Notes under the pieces: model-generated
Told to the model about the DNA's origin: nothing
The model's database searches: none
Seen by the model: the letters and a program-made list of their open reading frames with translations, nothing else
Assembly: GCA_022732885.1 (NCBI GenBank)
Contig: JAIJTS010000003.1
Span: 44,205-108,204, forward strand
Length of the DNA stretch: 64,000 nt
Source of the DNA: Atopobium sp.
GTDB taxonomy: Bacteria; Actinomycetota; Coriobacteriia; Coriobacteriales; Atopobiaceae
Direction of reading: 5' to 3'
Made by a program: the position numbers and the translations under genes
Part shown: in pieces, positions 11,680-21,203 of the stretch
How the letters are laid out: every line of letters starts with the position of its first letter
How positions within the stretch are numbered: position 1 is the first letter of the stretch

Positions 11680-12201
11680 TTATGCAGCGTTCTTCTGATC
11701 TGCGACTGCAGAAAGAGCGGTTGCGAGTCCACGAGCTGGACCAGCGCAAACCTGTGCAATACCGGTAAGTGGGCTTGCAACAACGAAGACAAGCTTTGCA
11801 ATGAGCTCCTCGCGAGAAGGAAGATCTGCGTAAGCCTTTGCCTCGTCAGCGGTAAGTGCCTGACCATCAGCGATACCACCAATGAACTCAACTTTCTTGA
11901 GCTTCTTGGCCTCATCCTTGATGACCTTAGCGGCCTCGACAGGATCGTTCTCATAGAAAACGTATGCGCAGGTACCGGCGAGCATCTCGTCAATCTCTGG
12001 CATACCAGCGTTCTTAAGAGCAATCTTGACGATGTTGTTCTTATAGACCTTCATGTGAGCGCCTGCTGCGGTAAGTGCGCGGCGAAGCTCCTGAGTCTCC
12101 TTTACGGAAAGACCACGATAGTCGATAACAAACAGGCCCTTGGAGTTGTCGAGAGAAGCGGAAACTTTCTCAAGCAAATCAACTTTAGACTGAGCTGGCA
12201 T
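11680..12201 (-). CDS. rplJ: 50S ribosomal protein L10
   Basis: L10-like sequence directly upstream of rplL. ORF begins at 12222, but MPAQSKVDLLEK (ATG at 12201) is the likely start. Confidence 0.9.
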   Translation of the reverse strand: MPAQSKVDLLEKVSASLDNSKGLFVIDYRGLSVKETQELRRALTAAGAHMKVYKNNIVKIALKNAGMPEIDEMLAGTCAYVFYENDPVEAAKVIKDEAKKLKKVEFIGGIADGQALTADEAKAYADLPSREELIAKLVFVVASPLTGIAQVCAGPARGLATALSAVADQKNAA

Positions 12202-12646
12202 GTAGTACACCTCCTTTATCATGTCTCAGGCACGAGCGCCAACAGGTGCGGCCCTCACATGAAAAGACCCCACTTTGGCAACCAAAGCGGGGTCTGGATG
12301 TACTAATCTCAAGACCACCTCGGCAGGCGGGAATTCCCATTAAGCCTTGGATTCAAGGCGCCGGCTGTCTTTGGCAGCGAACGTGCAACTGCAAGACGTC
12401 TGTCTTGCGTGGGATATTGTGCAGCAAAAAACTATTCAAGTCAAGGTTGAGCGCACAATTTCTTTCTCTTCACAAAAATTTGACGAGAAGAGCGGCTGTG
12501 CTGCTATGTACACGCTACAAGCCGTGCGCGCCGAATGTTCACCGCAAGCCGCATGCGCACCATAAGCAGATCAGCGCGGCAAGAAAAATCCGCTACCTGC
12601 AAGCAGATACCGGATTAAACGTGCTAGGTACTTCTAAGCGATTAGC
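12202..12646 (-). promoter_or_regulatory. Long 5' leader of the rplJL operon (candidate L10 autoregulatory leader)
   Basis: 445 nt with no convincing coding sequence between rplA and rplJ. Position matches known L10(L12)4-binding leaders. Structure not verified. Confidence 0.3.
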
Positions 12647-13354
12647 TTAGTCCTCCATGAGGTTACGAACCTTGGTTGGATCAACCTTGATGCCAGGGCC
12701 CATAGTAGAGGAAATAGCAACGGTCTTGACGTACTTACCCTTTGCGCTGGATGGCTTGACGCGGATAATCTCGGAGATCAGTGCGCCATAGTTCTCAACA
12801 AGCTGCTGGACCTCAAAAGAAGCCTTGCCGATTGCAACGTGGCAGATACCAAAACGGTCTGCACGATACTCAACACGACCAGCCTTGAGCTCGTTAACCA
12901 TCTTTGCAACATCCATGGTAACGGTGCCAAGCTTTGGGTTAGGCATAAGACCACGAGGACCAAGAACGCGACCAAGACGGCCAACCTTACCCATCATCTG
13001 AGGGGTTGCGATTGCTGCGTCAAAGTCAAGCATGCCCTTCTCGACCTCAGCGATGAGCTCGTCGCCACCGACGATGTCAGCGCCAGCTGCCTCAGCCTCG
13101 CGGGCCTTCTCGCCCTCTGCAAAGACTGCAACGCGAACGGACTTACCAGTGCCGTGAGGCAAAGAGATAGAACCGCGAACGTTCTGGTCAGCCTTACGAG
13201 TATCAACACCAAGGCGAATTGCTACCTCAATAGTCTCGTCAAACTTAGCAGTTGCAAGCTCCTTAGTAAGGGTTACTGCCTCTTTTGGGCTGTAGAGATT
13301 TGCACCATCTACCTTGGCAACTGCATTCTTGTAGTTCTTTCCGTGCTTAGGCAT
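12647..13354 (-). CDS. rplA: 50S ribosomal protein L1
   Basis: ORF reaches 13393 but [16 protein letters not shown] (ATG at 13354) is the canonical L1 N-terminus. Conserved [17 protein letters not shown]. Confidence 0.93.
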   Translation of the reverse strand: MPKHGKNYKNAVAKVDGANLYSPKEAVTLTKELATAKFDETIEVAIRLGVDTRKADQNVRGSISLPHGTGKSVRVAVFAEGEKAREAEAAGADIVGGDELIAEVEKGMLDFDAAIATPQMMGKVGRLGRVLGPRGLMPNPKLGTVTMDVAKMVNELKAGRVEYRADRFGICHVAIGKASFEVQQLVENYGALISEIIRVKPSSAKGKYVKTVAISSTMGPGIKVDPTKVRNLMED

Positions 13355-13465
13355 TATGTACCTCCTGTGGTTAGCGGGCGTCCGCCCTCCCACTCCTGCA
13401 TCTTCCGCCTATAGTTACGCCCTCTTGGCAAGAAACCCAACTACGTGCACAAGCGTCGGATGCTC

Positions 13466-13502
13466 TGACAAAACAACCGTCAGCCACGCAAATGGCTGAC
13501 GG
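13466..13502 (-). terminator. Hairpin plus U-tract between rplK and rplA (terminator/attenuator; L1 leader region)
   Basis: Inverted repeat ccgtcagcca/tggctgacgg (10 bp) followed on the minus strand by UUGUUUUGUC. Lies between the rplK stop and rplA start. Confidence 0.5.
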
Positions 13503-13511
13503 GAGTAAACA

Positions 13512-13940
13512 CTACTCGGCGATGGTTACACCCATGGAACGAGCGGTACCAGCGACGATCTTCTTTGCAGCCTCAATGTCGTTTGCGTTGAGGTCAGGCA
13601 TCTTGATCTCAGCGATCTTGGTGAGCTGCTCCTGAGAGAGCTGGCCAACCTTATCGCGCTGAGGAACACCAGAACCGCCCTTGAGGTGAAGCTCCTTCTT
13701 AATGAGCTGAGCTGCTGGAGGAGTCTTGGTTACGAAGTCAAAGGAGCGATCCTCGTAAACAGAAATCTCGACTGGGATGATATCGCCAGCCTTGTCCTGA
13801 GTTGCAGCGTTGAATGCCTGGCAGAACTGCATAATGTTGACCTGTGCAGCACCCAGAGCTGGTCCTACTGGAGGAGCTGGGTTTGCCTGGCCTGCAGGAA
13901 TCTGCAGCTTAATAAAGTTAACAACCTTCTTAGCGGGCAT
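13512..13940 (-). CDS. rplK: 50S ribosomal protein L11
   Basis: 142 aa. [30 protein letters not shown], canonical L11. Confidence 0.95.
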   Translation of the reverse strand: MPAKKVVNFIKLQIPAGQANPAPPVGPALGAAQVNIMQFCQAFNAATQDKAGDIIPVEISVYEDRSFDFVTKTPPAAQLIKKELHLKGGSGVPQRDKVGQLSQEQLTKIAEIKMPDLNANDIEAAKKIVAGTARSMGVTIAE

Positions 13941-14036
13941 GTTAAGCCTCCTGTTTGAATACGTTTAAGTCTATTCTCGCGCACTCCCGAGAAGCAATCC
14001 ACAAGGGACGAGAAGTGCGGGATAAGCCGTTAGTTA

Positions 14037-14582
14037 CTAGTCTATCAGGGAAATCTGATCCATGGTGAGCTCAACCGGAGTCTCGCGACCAAAGATGGTA
14101 AGCATGACCTTGATCTTGCCGGACTCTGCGTTGACCTCAGAAACAGTTCCGTCAAAGTCAGCGAGAGGACCAGAAAGAACGTGAATTGCCTGACCGACCT
14201 CAATATTGGTTGCTGTACGCTTAGGTACAGGGCTACCCGTCTTCATACCGCCACGACGCATAATCTTATCGAACTCATCGCGACGCAGAGGAACTGGCTT
14301 GCCGTCAATGCCAACAAAACCAGTTACGCCTGGAGTGTTGCGAACAACAGCCCAGGTATTATCATCCAGCTCCATGCGAACAAGAACATAACCTGGGAAG
14401 ACCTTAGACTCTTTGGTCTCACGCTTACCGCCGTCCTTGACCTCAGTAACTTCCTCAGTAGGAATCTGAATATCAACAACAGCACGCTCAAGGCCATAGG
14501 TCTCAATACGGTGCTCAAGGTCAGTTTTTACCTTGTTCTCATAACCTGAATAGGTGTGAACTACATACCAGCGCTTAGCCAT
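14037..14582 (-). CDS. nusG: Transcription termination/antitermination factor NusG
   Basis: 181 aa. WYVVHTYSGYENKV with KOW-region motif. Sits between secE and rplK as is conserved. Confidence 0.93.
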   Translation of the reverse strand: MAKRWYVVHTYSGYENKVKTDLEHRIETYGLERAVVDIQIPTEEVTEVKDGGKRETKESKVFPGYVLVRMELDDNTWAVVRNTPGVTGFVGIDGKPVPLRRDEFDKIMRRGGMKTGSPVPKRTATNIEVGQAIHVLSGPLADFDGTVSEVNAESGKIKVMLTIFGRETPVELTMDQISLID

Positions 14583-14585
14583 TGA

Positions 14586-14948
14586 TTATCCCCTCAGTCC
14601 AGTAAAGGCGACGAGACCAGCAACAATGCCAGTATCAACCAGCCAAGTTACCAAGCCAAAGAAAATGATTGTTGCAATTACGGCCACAGAGAAACCAGCA
14701 AGCTCAGAGCTTGAAGGCCACACAACGCGGTGCATTTCTGTACGAACGCCTGCAAAATAAGCACCCAGGCGACCAAAGAAGCCAGGGTTAGCGTTACGCT
14801 GAAGGGACTTCTCCTGCTTCTTTGCCTCAGCCTTAGCGGCCTTAGCAGAAGTTTCAGGAGTAGCTTCAGCCTGAAGGGCCTCACGCTGGGCACGCTCTTC
14901 TGCGCGAGCCTTACGTACGCTCCTCTTATTGCGCTCCTTATTTGCCAT
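14586..14948 (-). CDS. secE: Preprotein translocase subunit SecE (long basic N-terminus, actinobacterial type)
   Basis: 120 aa with a single C-terminal TM helix (AVIATIIFFGLVTWLVD). Lies immediately upstream of nusG. Confidence 0.85.
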   Translation of the reverse strand: MANKERNKRSVRKARAEERAQREALQAEATPETSAKAAKAEAKKQEKSLQRNANPGFFGRLGAYFAGVRTEMHRVVWPSSSELAGFSVAVIATIIFFGLVTWLVDTGIVAGLVAFTGLRG

Positions 14949-15019
14949 CCTACGCTCCCTTGGATGTCATACTTACATACAAACCGGCCAACCCTTATGG
15001 GAAGGCCGGTGAAGTTATC

Positions 15020-15095
15020 TGGCAGGCCAGGAAGGACTCGAACCCTCAACAAACGGTTTTGGAGACCGCCGCTCTACCATTGGAGCTACTGGCCT
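15020..15095 (-). tRNA. tRNA-Trp (anticodon CCA)
   Basis: Minus strand reads aggccagtagctccaatggtagagcggcggtctCCAaaaccg...ggttcgagtccttcctggcctgcca. Good cloverleaf with encoded CCA. Conserved position upstream of rpmG-secE-nusG. Confidence 0.9.
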
Positions 15096-15113
15096 AGAAC
15101 GAACCCACCAAGC

Positions 15114-15263
15114 CTAGCGGGTCTCGCGATGTACCGTGTGCTTGTGGCACCATGGGCAGTACTTTTTCAACTCCATACGATCTGGGTTGTTGGACTTATT
15201 CTTGTCCGTAGTGTAATTACGACGCTTGCACTCAGTGCAGGCGAGAGTAACGAGTGTACGCAT
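15114..15263 (-). CDS. rpmG: 50S ribosomal protein L33 (zinc-ribbon type)
   Basis: Below the 60-aa ORF-track cutoff. Minus-strand translation: [49 protein letters not shown]. Confidence 0.85.
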   Translation of the reverse strand: MRTLVTLACTECKRRNYTTDKNKSNNPDRMELKKYCPWCHKHTVHRETR

Positions 15264-15387
15264 TGATCCTCCTGAACACGGTCACGAGATGTATTCTCGA
15301 AATGTGACGCGGTTGCTTAGATTAGCACCCAATACCCAGAGATGTCAATACTTTTCTCTGATTACTCTAGGCGTTCACATATTTTTT

Positions 15388-15421
15388 GACAAAAAACCCG
15401 GCGCGCAAAAAGCACGCCGGG
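15388..15421 (-). terminator. Rho-independent terminator after tuf
   Basis: Hairpin cccggcgtgc...gcgcgccggg (9/10 bp) followed on the minus strand by UUUUUUGUC. Lies 24 nt past the tuf stop. Confidence 0.6.
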
Positions 15422-15444
15422 CAACTTAGCAACTTTAAAAGAAG

Positions 15445-16650
15445 TTACTCGATGACGGTGGAAACACGACCATCGCCGACAGTGTGGCCACCCTCGCGGA
15501 TAGCGAACTTCAGACCCTGCTCAAGAGCAATTGGGTGAATGAGCTCGCAGCCAACGGTGATGTGGTCACCAGGCATAGCCATCTCTACCTTGCCACCGTT
15601 TGCATCGGTGAGCTCGTAGATGTCGCCGGTTACGTCAGTTGTACGGAAGTAGAACTGTGGACGGTAACCAGAGAAGAATGGGGTGTGACGGCCGCCCTCT
15701 TCCTTAGTAAGAACGTAAACCTCACCGGTGAACTTCTTGTGTGGAGTAACGGTACCAGGCTTGCAGAGAACCTGACCGCGCTCGATGTCCTCGCGCTTAA
15801 CGCCACGAAGAAGAATACCAACGTTGTCGCCAGCCTCGCAGAAGTCCATGGTCTTACGGAACATCTCAATGCCGGTAGCAACAGAGCTCTGGGTTGGCTT
15901 AATACCAACGATCTCGACTGGATCGTTGAGCTTGAGCTCACCACGCTCAACACGGCCGGTAGCAACGGTACCACGACCAGAAATGGTCATGACGTCCTCG
16001 ATTGCCATCAGGAATGGCTTCTCGTTGTCACGAGCTGGTGTTGGGATGTAGGAGTCAACAGTGTGCATGAGCTCACGGATGGACTCAACCCACTTCTCCT
16101 CGCCGTTAAGAGCGCCGAGAGCGGAACCACGGATGATTGGAAGGTCATCACCTGGGAAGTCGTACTCGGAGAGAAGGTCACGGGTCTCCATCTCGACGAG
16201 GTCGATGAGCTCGTCATCGTCGACCATATCGCACTTGTTCAGGAAGACAACGATGTAAGGAACGCCGACCTGACGTGCAAGAAGAATGTGCTCACGAGTC
16301 TGAGCCATAGGACCGTCGGTTGCAGCAATAACGAGGATTGCGCCGTCCATCTGAGCTGCACCAGAAATCATGTTCTTGATGTAGTCTGCGTGGCCAGGGC
16401 AGTCGACGTGAGCATAGTGGCGCTCCCAAGTCTCGTACTCAACGTGAGCAACGGAAATGGTAATACCACGCTGACGCTCCTCTGGAGCCTTATCGATGTT
16501 CTCGAAGGCGGTATAGTCTGCCTTGCAGCCCTCGGTCTCAGAGAGAACCTTGGTGATTGCTGCGGTAAGGGTAGTCTTACCGTGGTCGACGTGACCAATA
16601 GTACCGATGTTTACATGTGGCTTTGTGCGGTCAAACTTTTCCTTGGCCAT
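15445..16650 (-). CDS. tuf: Elongation factor Tu
   Basis: [28 protein letters not shown]... ATG at 16650 is preceded by GAAGGAGGA; the ORF-track start at 16656 is TTG. Confidence 0.97.
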   Translation of the reverse strand: MAKEKFDRTKPHVNIGTIGHVDHGKTTLTAAITKVLSETEGCKADYTAFENIDKAPEERQRGITISVAHVEYETWERHYAHVDCPGHADYIKNMISGAAQMDGAILVIAATDGPMAQTREHILLARQVGVPYIVVFLNKCDMVDDDELIDLVEMETRDLLSEYDFPGDDLPIIRGSALGALNGEEKWVESIRELMHTVDSYIPTPARDNEKPFLMAIEDVMTISGRGTVATGRVERGELKLNDPVEIVGIKPTQSSVATGIEMFRKTMDFCEAGDNVGILLRGVKREDIERGQVLCKPGTVTPHKKFTGEVYVLTKEEGGRHTPFFSGYRPQFYFRTTDVTGDIYELTDANGGKVEMAMPGDHITVGCELIHPIALEQGLKFAIREGGHTVGDGRVSTVIE

Positions 16651-16757
16651 TGCCAATCCTCCTTCTGGAACTAACCCTCGGGCTAGACCGTGGTGAAAAA
16701 ACGTCTGTTTATACTCAACGGCGCAAATGTCTTAGACATGTACGCCGCAAAGAGTCT

Positions 16758-16833
16758 GGTACCGGCGACTGGATTCGAACCAGTGACGTCACGGGTATGA
16801 GCCGTGTGCTCTAACCAGCTGAGCTACGCCGGC
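16758..16833 (-). tRNA. tRNA-Met (anticodon CAT, elongator-like; Ile2/lysidine type not excluded)
   Basis: gccggcgtagctcagctggttagagcacacggctCATacccgtg...ggttcgaatccagtcgccggtacca, cloverleaf checked by hand. Confidence 0.85.
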
Positions 16834-16852
16834 ATAAATGCCGCTTGAAAAA

Positions 16853-16928
16853 TGGAGCCCGCGACCGGATTTGAACCGGTGACCTCTTCGTTACCAACGA
16901 AGTGCTCTACCTACTGAGCTACACGGGC
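16853..16928 (-). tRNA. tRNA-Thr (anticodon GGT)
   Basis: gcccgtgtagctcagtaggtagagcacttcgttGGTaacgaag...ggttcaaatccggtcgcgggctcca. Confidence 0.88.
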
Positions 16929-16929
16929 G

Positions 16930-17014
16930 TGGTGGGGATACTTGGACTCGAACCAAGGAACCAATAAGGAGCGGATTTACAGTCCGCCGCAGTTGCCGCT
17001 GTGCCATATCCCCA
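16930..17014 (-). tRNA. tRNA-Tyr (anticodon GTA, long variable arm)
   Basis: ggggatatggcacagcggcaactgcggcggactGTAaatccgc + variable arm + ggttcgagtccaagtatccccacca. Confidence 0.85.
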
Positions 17015-17349
17015 AATGCCGTTTTCAAGTACTCTTGAAGCAATTTTGTACGCCGTTTACCTTGCAGTTTAACGTACGCAGAAGGTCTAGTTAAACTTCC
17101 GTATTACCTCGTAAGCGGGAAAATATTACGATTGAATAAAAATCTTGTCAACGTAATACACCCAACCGGGCGTATCTTATCAAATATTTTCCACAATTCC
17201 AACTGATTTTCTCGCCACAACTCCAAGCGGGTTTCTCGCCAAACGAATACTGGCTTTTGTAGTTGCCTATGAGATCCATACGCGATATGTCACGAATGCC
17301 CCAAAATTTGCACGAAAAAAGCCAGGCAATGCCTGGCTGAAAATTCAAG

Positions 17350-17425
<76 letters not shown>

Positions 17426-17516
17426 ATCAAGTGCAGAGGATATTCTATAGACTTTTATGGTTTTGGTCTAGTATCAATTTTTGAGAATTTTACTTCCAAC
17501 ATGCTACGCTTGCAGT

Positions 17517-18095
17517 TTATCTACCCAGAAGCTTCCAGAGTTTCTCGCGCTGTTCTGGAGAAATACGGTCTTCAAGCGTCATGCGTGTACTGACCTGATC
17601 GCGACGCATCTCTTCGACAACGTTATCTGCCTGGGAAATCTCGTGGACAAGCGACGCGCTTGCAATACGCGTGACCTCGCCGGGGCCAAAGCCGGCCGTG
17701 GCGCGAATGTCTCGGTCCGACGTAACCAGAAATACCTTGCGACCAGCCTCTCGTGCGTCCGTGACCAGGCGTTCGATGACGCTATCTGCGGACTCCCCCG
17801 TCTCGGAAAAGACCAGTTGCACACCAGCATGGCTGCGCTCCGGGCGCTCGTCGTTTACGTTTCCCTTGCCATCGAACACAATAACGGACTCGTAGGCGCT
17901 TTGTGCAAACGTGGCAACGTCAGAGATGAGCGCTAAACGGGCGCGATAAAACGGATCGGTATTGAGGTGATAGGCCCTCTCAGCAGCGGTTTCTTGCGCA
18001 GAAGAGCCACGCTCATCCAGCAGCGCCTCATAGCGAGGGGTTGCCAGCATGACGTTATAGCCATCGACCACAAGCAGCGATTTTTTCTGAGCCAT
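17517..18095 (-). CDS. yacP: YacP-like NYN-domain RNase (Rae1/YacP family)
   Basis: 192 aa. N-terminal LLVVDGYNVM PIN/NYN signature. Conserved position after cysS-rlmB as in Bacillus (cysS-yazC-yacO-yacP). Confidence 0.75.
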   Translation of the reverse strand: MAQKKSLLVVDGYNVMLATPRYEALLDERGSSAQETAAERAYHLNTDPFYRARLALISDVATFAQSAYESVIVFDGKGNVNDERPERSHAGVQLVFSETGESADSVIERLVTDAREAGRKVFLVTSDRDIRATAGFGPGEVTRIASASLVHEISQADNVVEEMRRDQVSTRMTLEDRISPEQREKLWKLLGR

Positions 18096-18113
18096 ACCTT
18101 ACGCTTCCTGGGC

Positions 18114-19217
18114 TTACGCGTCCTGGGTCCTGCGGAGCCACTCATAGCACATGACCGTTGTTGCCTGAGCAACGTTCAGGGACTCTACCTGGCCAAACTG
18201 AGGAAGCTTGCACGTAAAATCGCACTTCTCGAGCATAAGGCGAGAAATTCCTGAACCTTCAGAGCCCATAACAAGTGCAAGGCGGCCTCCCATAGGAGCC
18301 TCCCACACGGACTGAGTGGCGTGCTCGGTGGAGCCACATGTCCAAAAACCTGCGGCTTTGAGCTCTTCAAGAGCGCGTGGCAGATTAGAAACCTGAGCAA
18401 TTGGCAGGTGAAGCACGGCTCCTGCGGAAGTCTTGTATGCTCCAACGCCAACTCGAGCGGCGCGAGCGTTTGCAATAACGACGCCGGCTGCGCCAACTAC
18501 CTCAGCACTTCTTACGATTGCGCCAAAGTTTCCCTCGTCAGTGACATGATCCAAGACCACAACCAGCGCGTTTTCAGAACCGGCGCGCTGAATAATTTCA
18601 GAGAGGTCGGCGTAGGCAAAAGGCTGTGTACGGACAATAACGCCCTGGTGAGCGCCGTGGCTTGAAAGCGAGTCAAGTACTGGTTTTGCAACACGCTCGA
18701 CAGGAATACCCTCCTGCTCAAGCTGGCGTGCAAGCGCCTCAATCTCCTGGTCCTTCTGTCCGCTTGCGGCTTGTACCAGCGCATTCTTCAAAGGAATGCC
18801 AACAGTCAGCGCCTCAGCTACTGCGCGACGACCCTCGATAAGATCAGTTGCAGGCTTCTTATTGCCGGGACGTCCAGCGGCGGCACCTCGCTGTCCACCA
18901 GCGCCTTTCTGTCCGCGAGTGCCCTGAGCTGCACGTGCGCCTTGTGTGGAGCGTGCGCCCTTTGAGCCCTGGCCATTCTTGGCGCCAAAATAACCGCCCC
19001 AGTCGGCAGTCTTCTTGGAGCCACGACCTGCGCCACCGCGACCAGCAGCGCCACCACGACCTGCAGCGCCACCGCGACCTGCGCCGCTGCGACCTGCAGC
19101 TCCTCCGCGACCTGCGGAGCTACCGCGACCCGAAGCTCCACCGCGGCCAGCAGCGCCACGACCAGCAGCACCCTCGGAACGAGTGTTTTTAGAGGTAGAA
19201 CGCTGATTTCTTGCCAT
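18114..19217 (-). CDS. rlmB: 23S rRNA (guanosine-2'-O)-methyltransferase RlmB (SpoU/TrmH family) with ~125-aa RGG/GAR-rich N-terminal extension
   Basis: C-terminal SPOUT domain (ENALVVVLDHVTDEGNFGAIVRSAEVVGAAGVV...LALVMGSEGSGISRLMLEKCDFTCKLPQFGQVESLNVAQATTVMCYE). N-terminus is (GAAGRGG)n low complexity encoded by 15-18-nt tandem DNA repeats. Confidence 0.85.
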   Translation of the reverse strand: MARNQRSTSKNTRSEGAAGRGAAGRGGASGRGSSAGRGGAAGRSGAGRGGAAGRGGAAGRGGAGRGSKKTADWGGYFGAKNGQGSKGARSTQGARAAQGTRGQKGAGGQRGAAAGRPGNKKPATDLIEGRRAVAEALTVGIPLKNALVQAASGQKDQEIEALARQLEQEGIPVERVAKPVLDSLSSHGAHQGVIVRTQPFAYADLSEIIQRAGSENALVVVLDHVTDEGNFGAIVRSAEVVGAAGVVIANARAARVGVGAYKTSAGAVLHLPIAQVSNLPRALEELKAAGFWTCGSTEHATQSVWEAPMGGRLALVMGSEGSGISRLMLEKCDFTCKLPQFGQVESLNVAQATTVMCYEWLRRTQDA

Positions 19218-19219
19218 AG

Positions 19220-20701
19220 TTAGTCTGCCTTACGCTTAAGTCGAGCGCCAGCGGCGGTATCTTCAATCAAAAGTCCAAGCCCAGCAATGCCGTCTCTAAT
19301 TTGATCGGCAACTGCCCAGTTCTTCTGGGAACGAGCCTCTTGTCGAGCAGCAAGCAAAGCCTCTGCAGCCTCATCGGCTGACGTGCCCTCATAACCTGCT
19401 ACCTGGGATGCAAGCGTTACAAGCTCCTCTGGTAAATCAGAGGTAGACGCTGCCTGAGTCAAATCGATTCCCAAAGCTCCTGTGAGCTCACACAACATAT
19501 CTGATGCACGGAGAACAGGACTTGCGCCAACGTTCTGGCCAACCTCTGCAAGATAGGTATTTGCAGCAGTTACCAGCGCAAAGATAGCAGCAAGTGCTCC
19601 TGCAGTATTGAAATCATCATCCATCTGAGCGTCAAACTCGCTCTGGGCTGTGTTAATTGCCTCAGCAAGCGTACGATCAGCATCGGAAAGTTCATGCTGA
19701 GCAGACGACTGCTTGTAAGCCCAGCGGAGATTTGCAACGCAGGTCTTCATACGCTCAAGCGTGCCAACAGTTCCTTCAAGACGCTCAAATGAGAAATCAA
19801 GTGGTGCACGATAGTGCGTCTGAAGCATCAAAAGTCTTACTGCATCTGCAGGGTACTTGTCCAAAACTTCCTTGAGTGTGTAGAAGTTGCCCAAAGACTT
19901 GGACATCTTCTCGCCATCAACGCGAAGCATTCCAGTATGCATCCAATAATTGGCGAGAGGAGCGTGCCAAGCACAAGATGCCTGCGCGGTCTCGTTCTCA
20001 TGGTGAGGGAATACCAGGTCAGAACCACCACCGTGAATGTCAATTGGAGTGCCCAGGTAGCGATGAATCATGGCGCAGCACTCACTGTGCCAACCTGGAC
20101 GACCTTCTCCCCAAGGGCTTGGCCAGCTAGGCTCACCAGGCTTTGCCGCCTTCCAGAGTGCAAAGTCAAATGGATCGCGTTTCTCGTCATTAACCTCAAC
20201 GCGCTCACCTGCGCGGAGCTGATCAAGGTCTCGGCCAGAAAGCACGCCATAGCCGTGGTCAGAACGAACCGAGAAGTACACGTCGCCCGAAGGCACCGCG
20301 TAAGCGTGACCCTGTTCAATCAAAGATTGAATCATCTGGAGCATGGCTTCAATCTCGTGCGTTGCGCGAGGACGAATATCAGGGTCCAGTATATTGAAAC
20401 GGTGCATCTGCTCGATAAACGCTTGAGAAAACTCTTCAGAAACCTCTTGAGCAGTCCTTCCCTGCTCAATGGCACGCTGAATAATCTTGTCGTCAACGTC
20501 AGTCAGGTTCTGAGCAAAAGTGACCTCATAACCTTTGTGCATCAGATAACGTCGAATAACGTCAAACGAGAGGAAGGTACGGGCGTTTCCGATGTGAATC
20601 TGATCGTAAACCGTAGGACCACACACGTACATGCGGATTTTGCCCTCGTCGATTGGCTTTAACTCTTCTTTTTTATGCGTCTGAGTGTTATAGACAAGCA
20701 T
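19220..20701 (-). CDS. cysS: Cysteine--tRNA ligase
   Basis: HIGN (HIGH-type) motif in MYVCGPTVYDQIHIGNARTF, KMSKS present (GEKMSKSLGN). ORF reaches 20818, but the ATG at 20701 (MLVYNTQTHKKEEL) is the likely start. Confidence 0.93.
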   Translation of the reverse strand: MLVYNTQTHKKEELKPIDEGKIRMYVCGPTVYDQIHIGNARTFLSFDVIRRYLMHKGYEVTFAQNLTDVDDKIIQRAIEQGRTAQEVSEEFSQAFIEQMHRFNILDPDIRPRATHEIEAMLQMIQSLIEQGHAYAVPSGDVYFSVRSDHGYGVLSGRDLDQLRAGERVEVNDEKRDPFDFALWKAAKPGEPSWPSPWGEGRPGWHSECCAMIHRYLGTPIDIHGGGSDLVFPHHENETAQASCAWHAPLANYWMHTGMLRVDGEKMSKSLGNFYTLKEVLDKYPADAVRLLMLQTHYRAPLDFSFERLEGTVGTLERMKTCVANLRWAYKQSSAQHELSDADRTLAEAINTAQSEFDAQMDDDFNTAGALAAIFALVTAANTYLAEVGQNVGASPVLRASDMLCELTGALGIDLTQAASTSDLPEELVTLASQVAGYEGTSADEAAEALLAARQEARSQKNWAVADQIRDGIAGLGLLIEDTAAGARLKRKAD

Positions 20702-21059
20702 ACATACTCCTCGCAACCATTGTGTATTGGTGTAAGTATAAACGGTTTGTGGAAAACCTTTTAGTTCCATACATAGCACAGAAAAAATAAATTGTGTCGT
20801 ATGGGCTTTGTCACACACTCAATTTTTCATTATATCACTCGAATATTTCAAAAATCGAACTTTCGGTGAATTATAATATTTTTAATTTAATATTTTATGT
20901 TTATTATAAGAATATAACCTATTTAACTGGTTGTTTAAAAATATCTACTTTTCTATCTACTACCATTCATCGAAAAAAGGTTTTTCTCTTATTAAAGCTT
21001 CTACAATATTCACAACGTGTTAGCTAGCACAAATTACAACAACTTGTAAGGAGACAGCT

Positions 21060-21152
21060 ATGAAATGGATTATCAAACCATCAAAGCAGGCTACAACAAT
21101 TACCGGCTGTGTTATTTTCATCAACATTTGTGGAGCAAGATTCAACGTTTAA
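21060..21152 (+). CDS. Candidate RiPP precursor peptide (30 aa, 2 Cys): MKWIIKPSKQATTITGCVIFINICGARFNV
   Basis: Below the ORF-track cutoff. AGGAG at 21049-21053 sits 6-7 nt upstream of the ATG. Same strand as the radical-SAM/SPASM gene, 51 nt upstream of it. Low GC like the rest of the island. Confidence 0.5.
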   Translation: MKWIIKPSKQATTITGCVIFINICGARFNV

Positions 21153-21203
21153 TCTAATTGCTGCTGGAGAGATTTTCTCTCCAGCAGCTAGAATCGCAGG
21201 TGA

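Noticed and set aside
15484-16674. 396-aa ORF on plus strand
   Set aside because: Antisense to tuf (EF-Tu is unambiguous on the minus strand).
17015-17349. Protein-coding gene in the 335-bp gap inside the tRNA cluster (ORF 17148-17348)
   Set aside because: AT-rich sequence with no RBS. Contains two dispersed-motif copies. Better explained as spacer/promoter region.
18818-19192. ORFs 18818-19171 (-) and 18848-19192 (+), Pro/Ala/Arg-rich
   Set aside because: Alternative-frame readings of the RGG-encoding repeat tract of rlmB.
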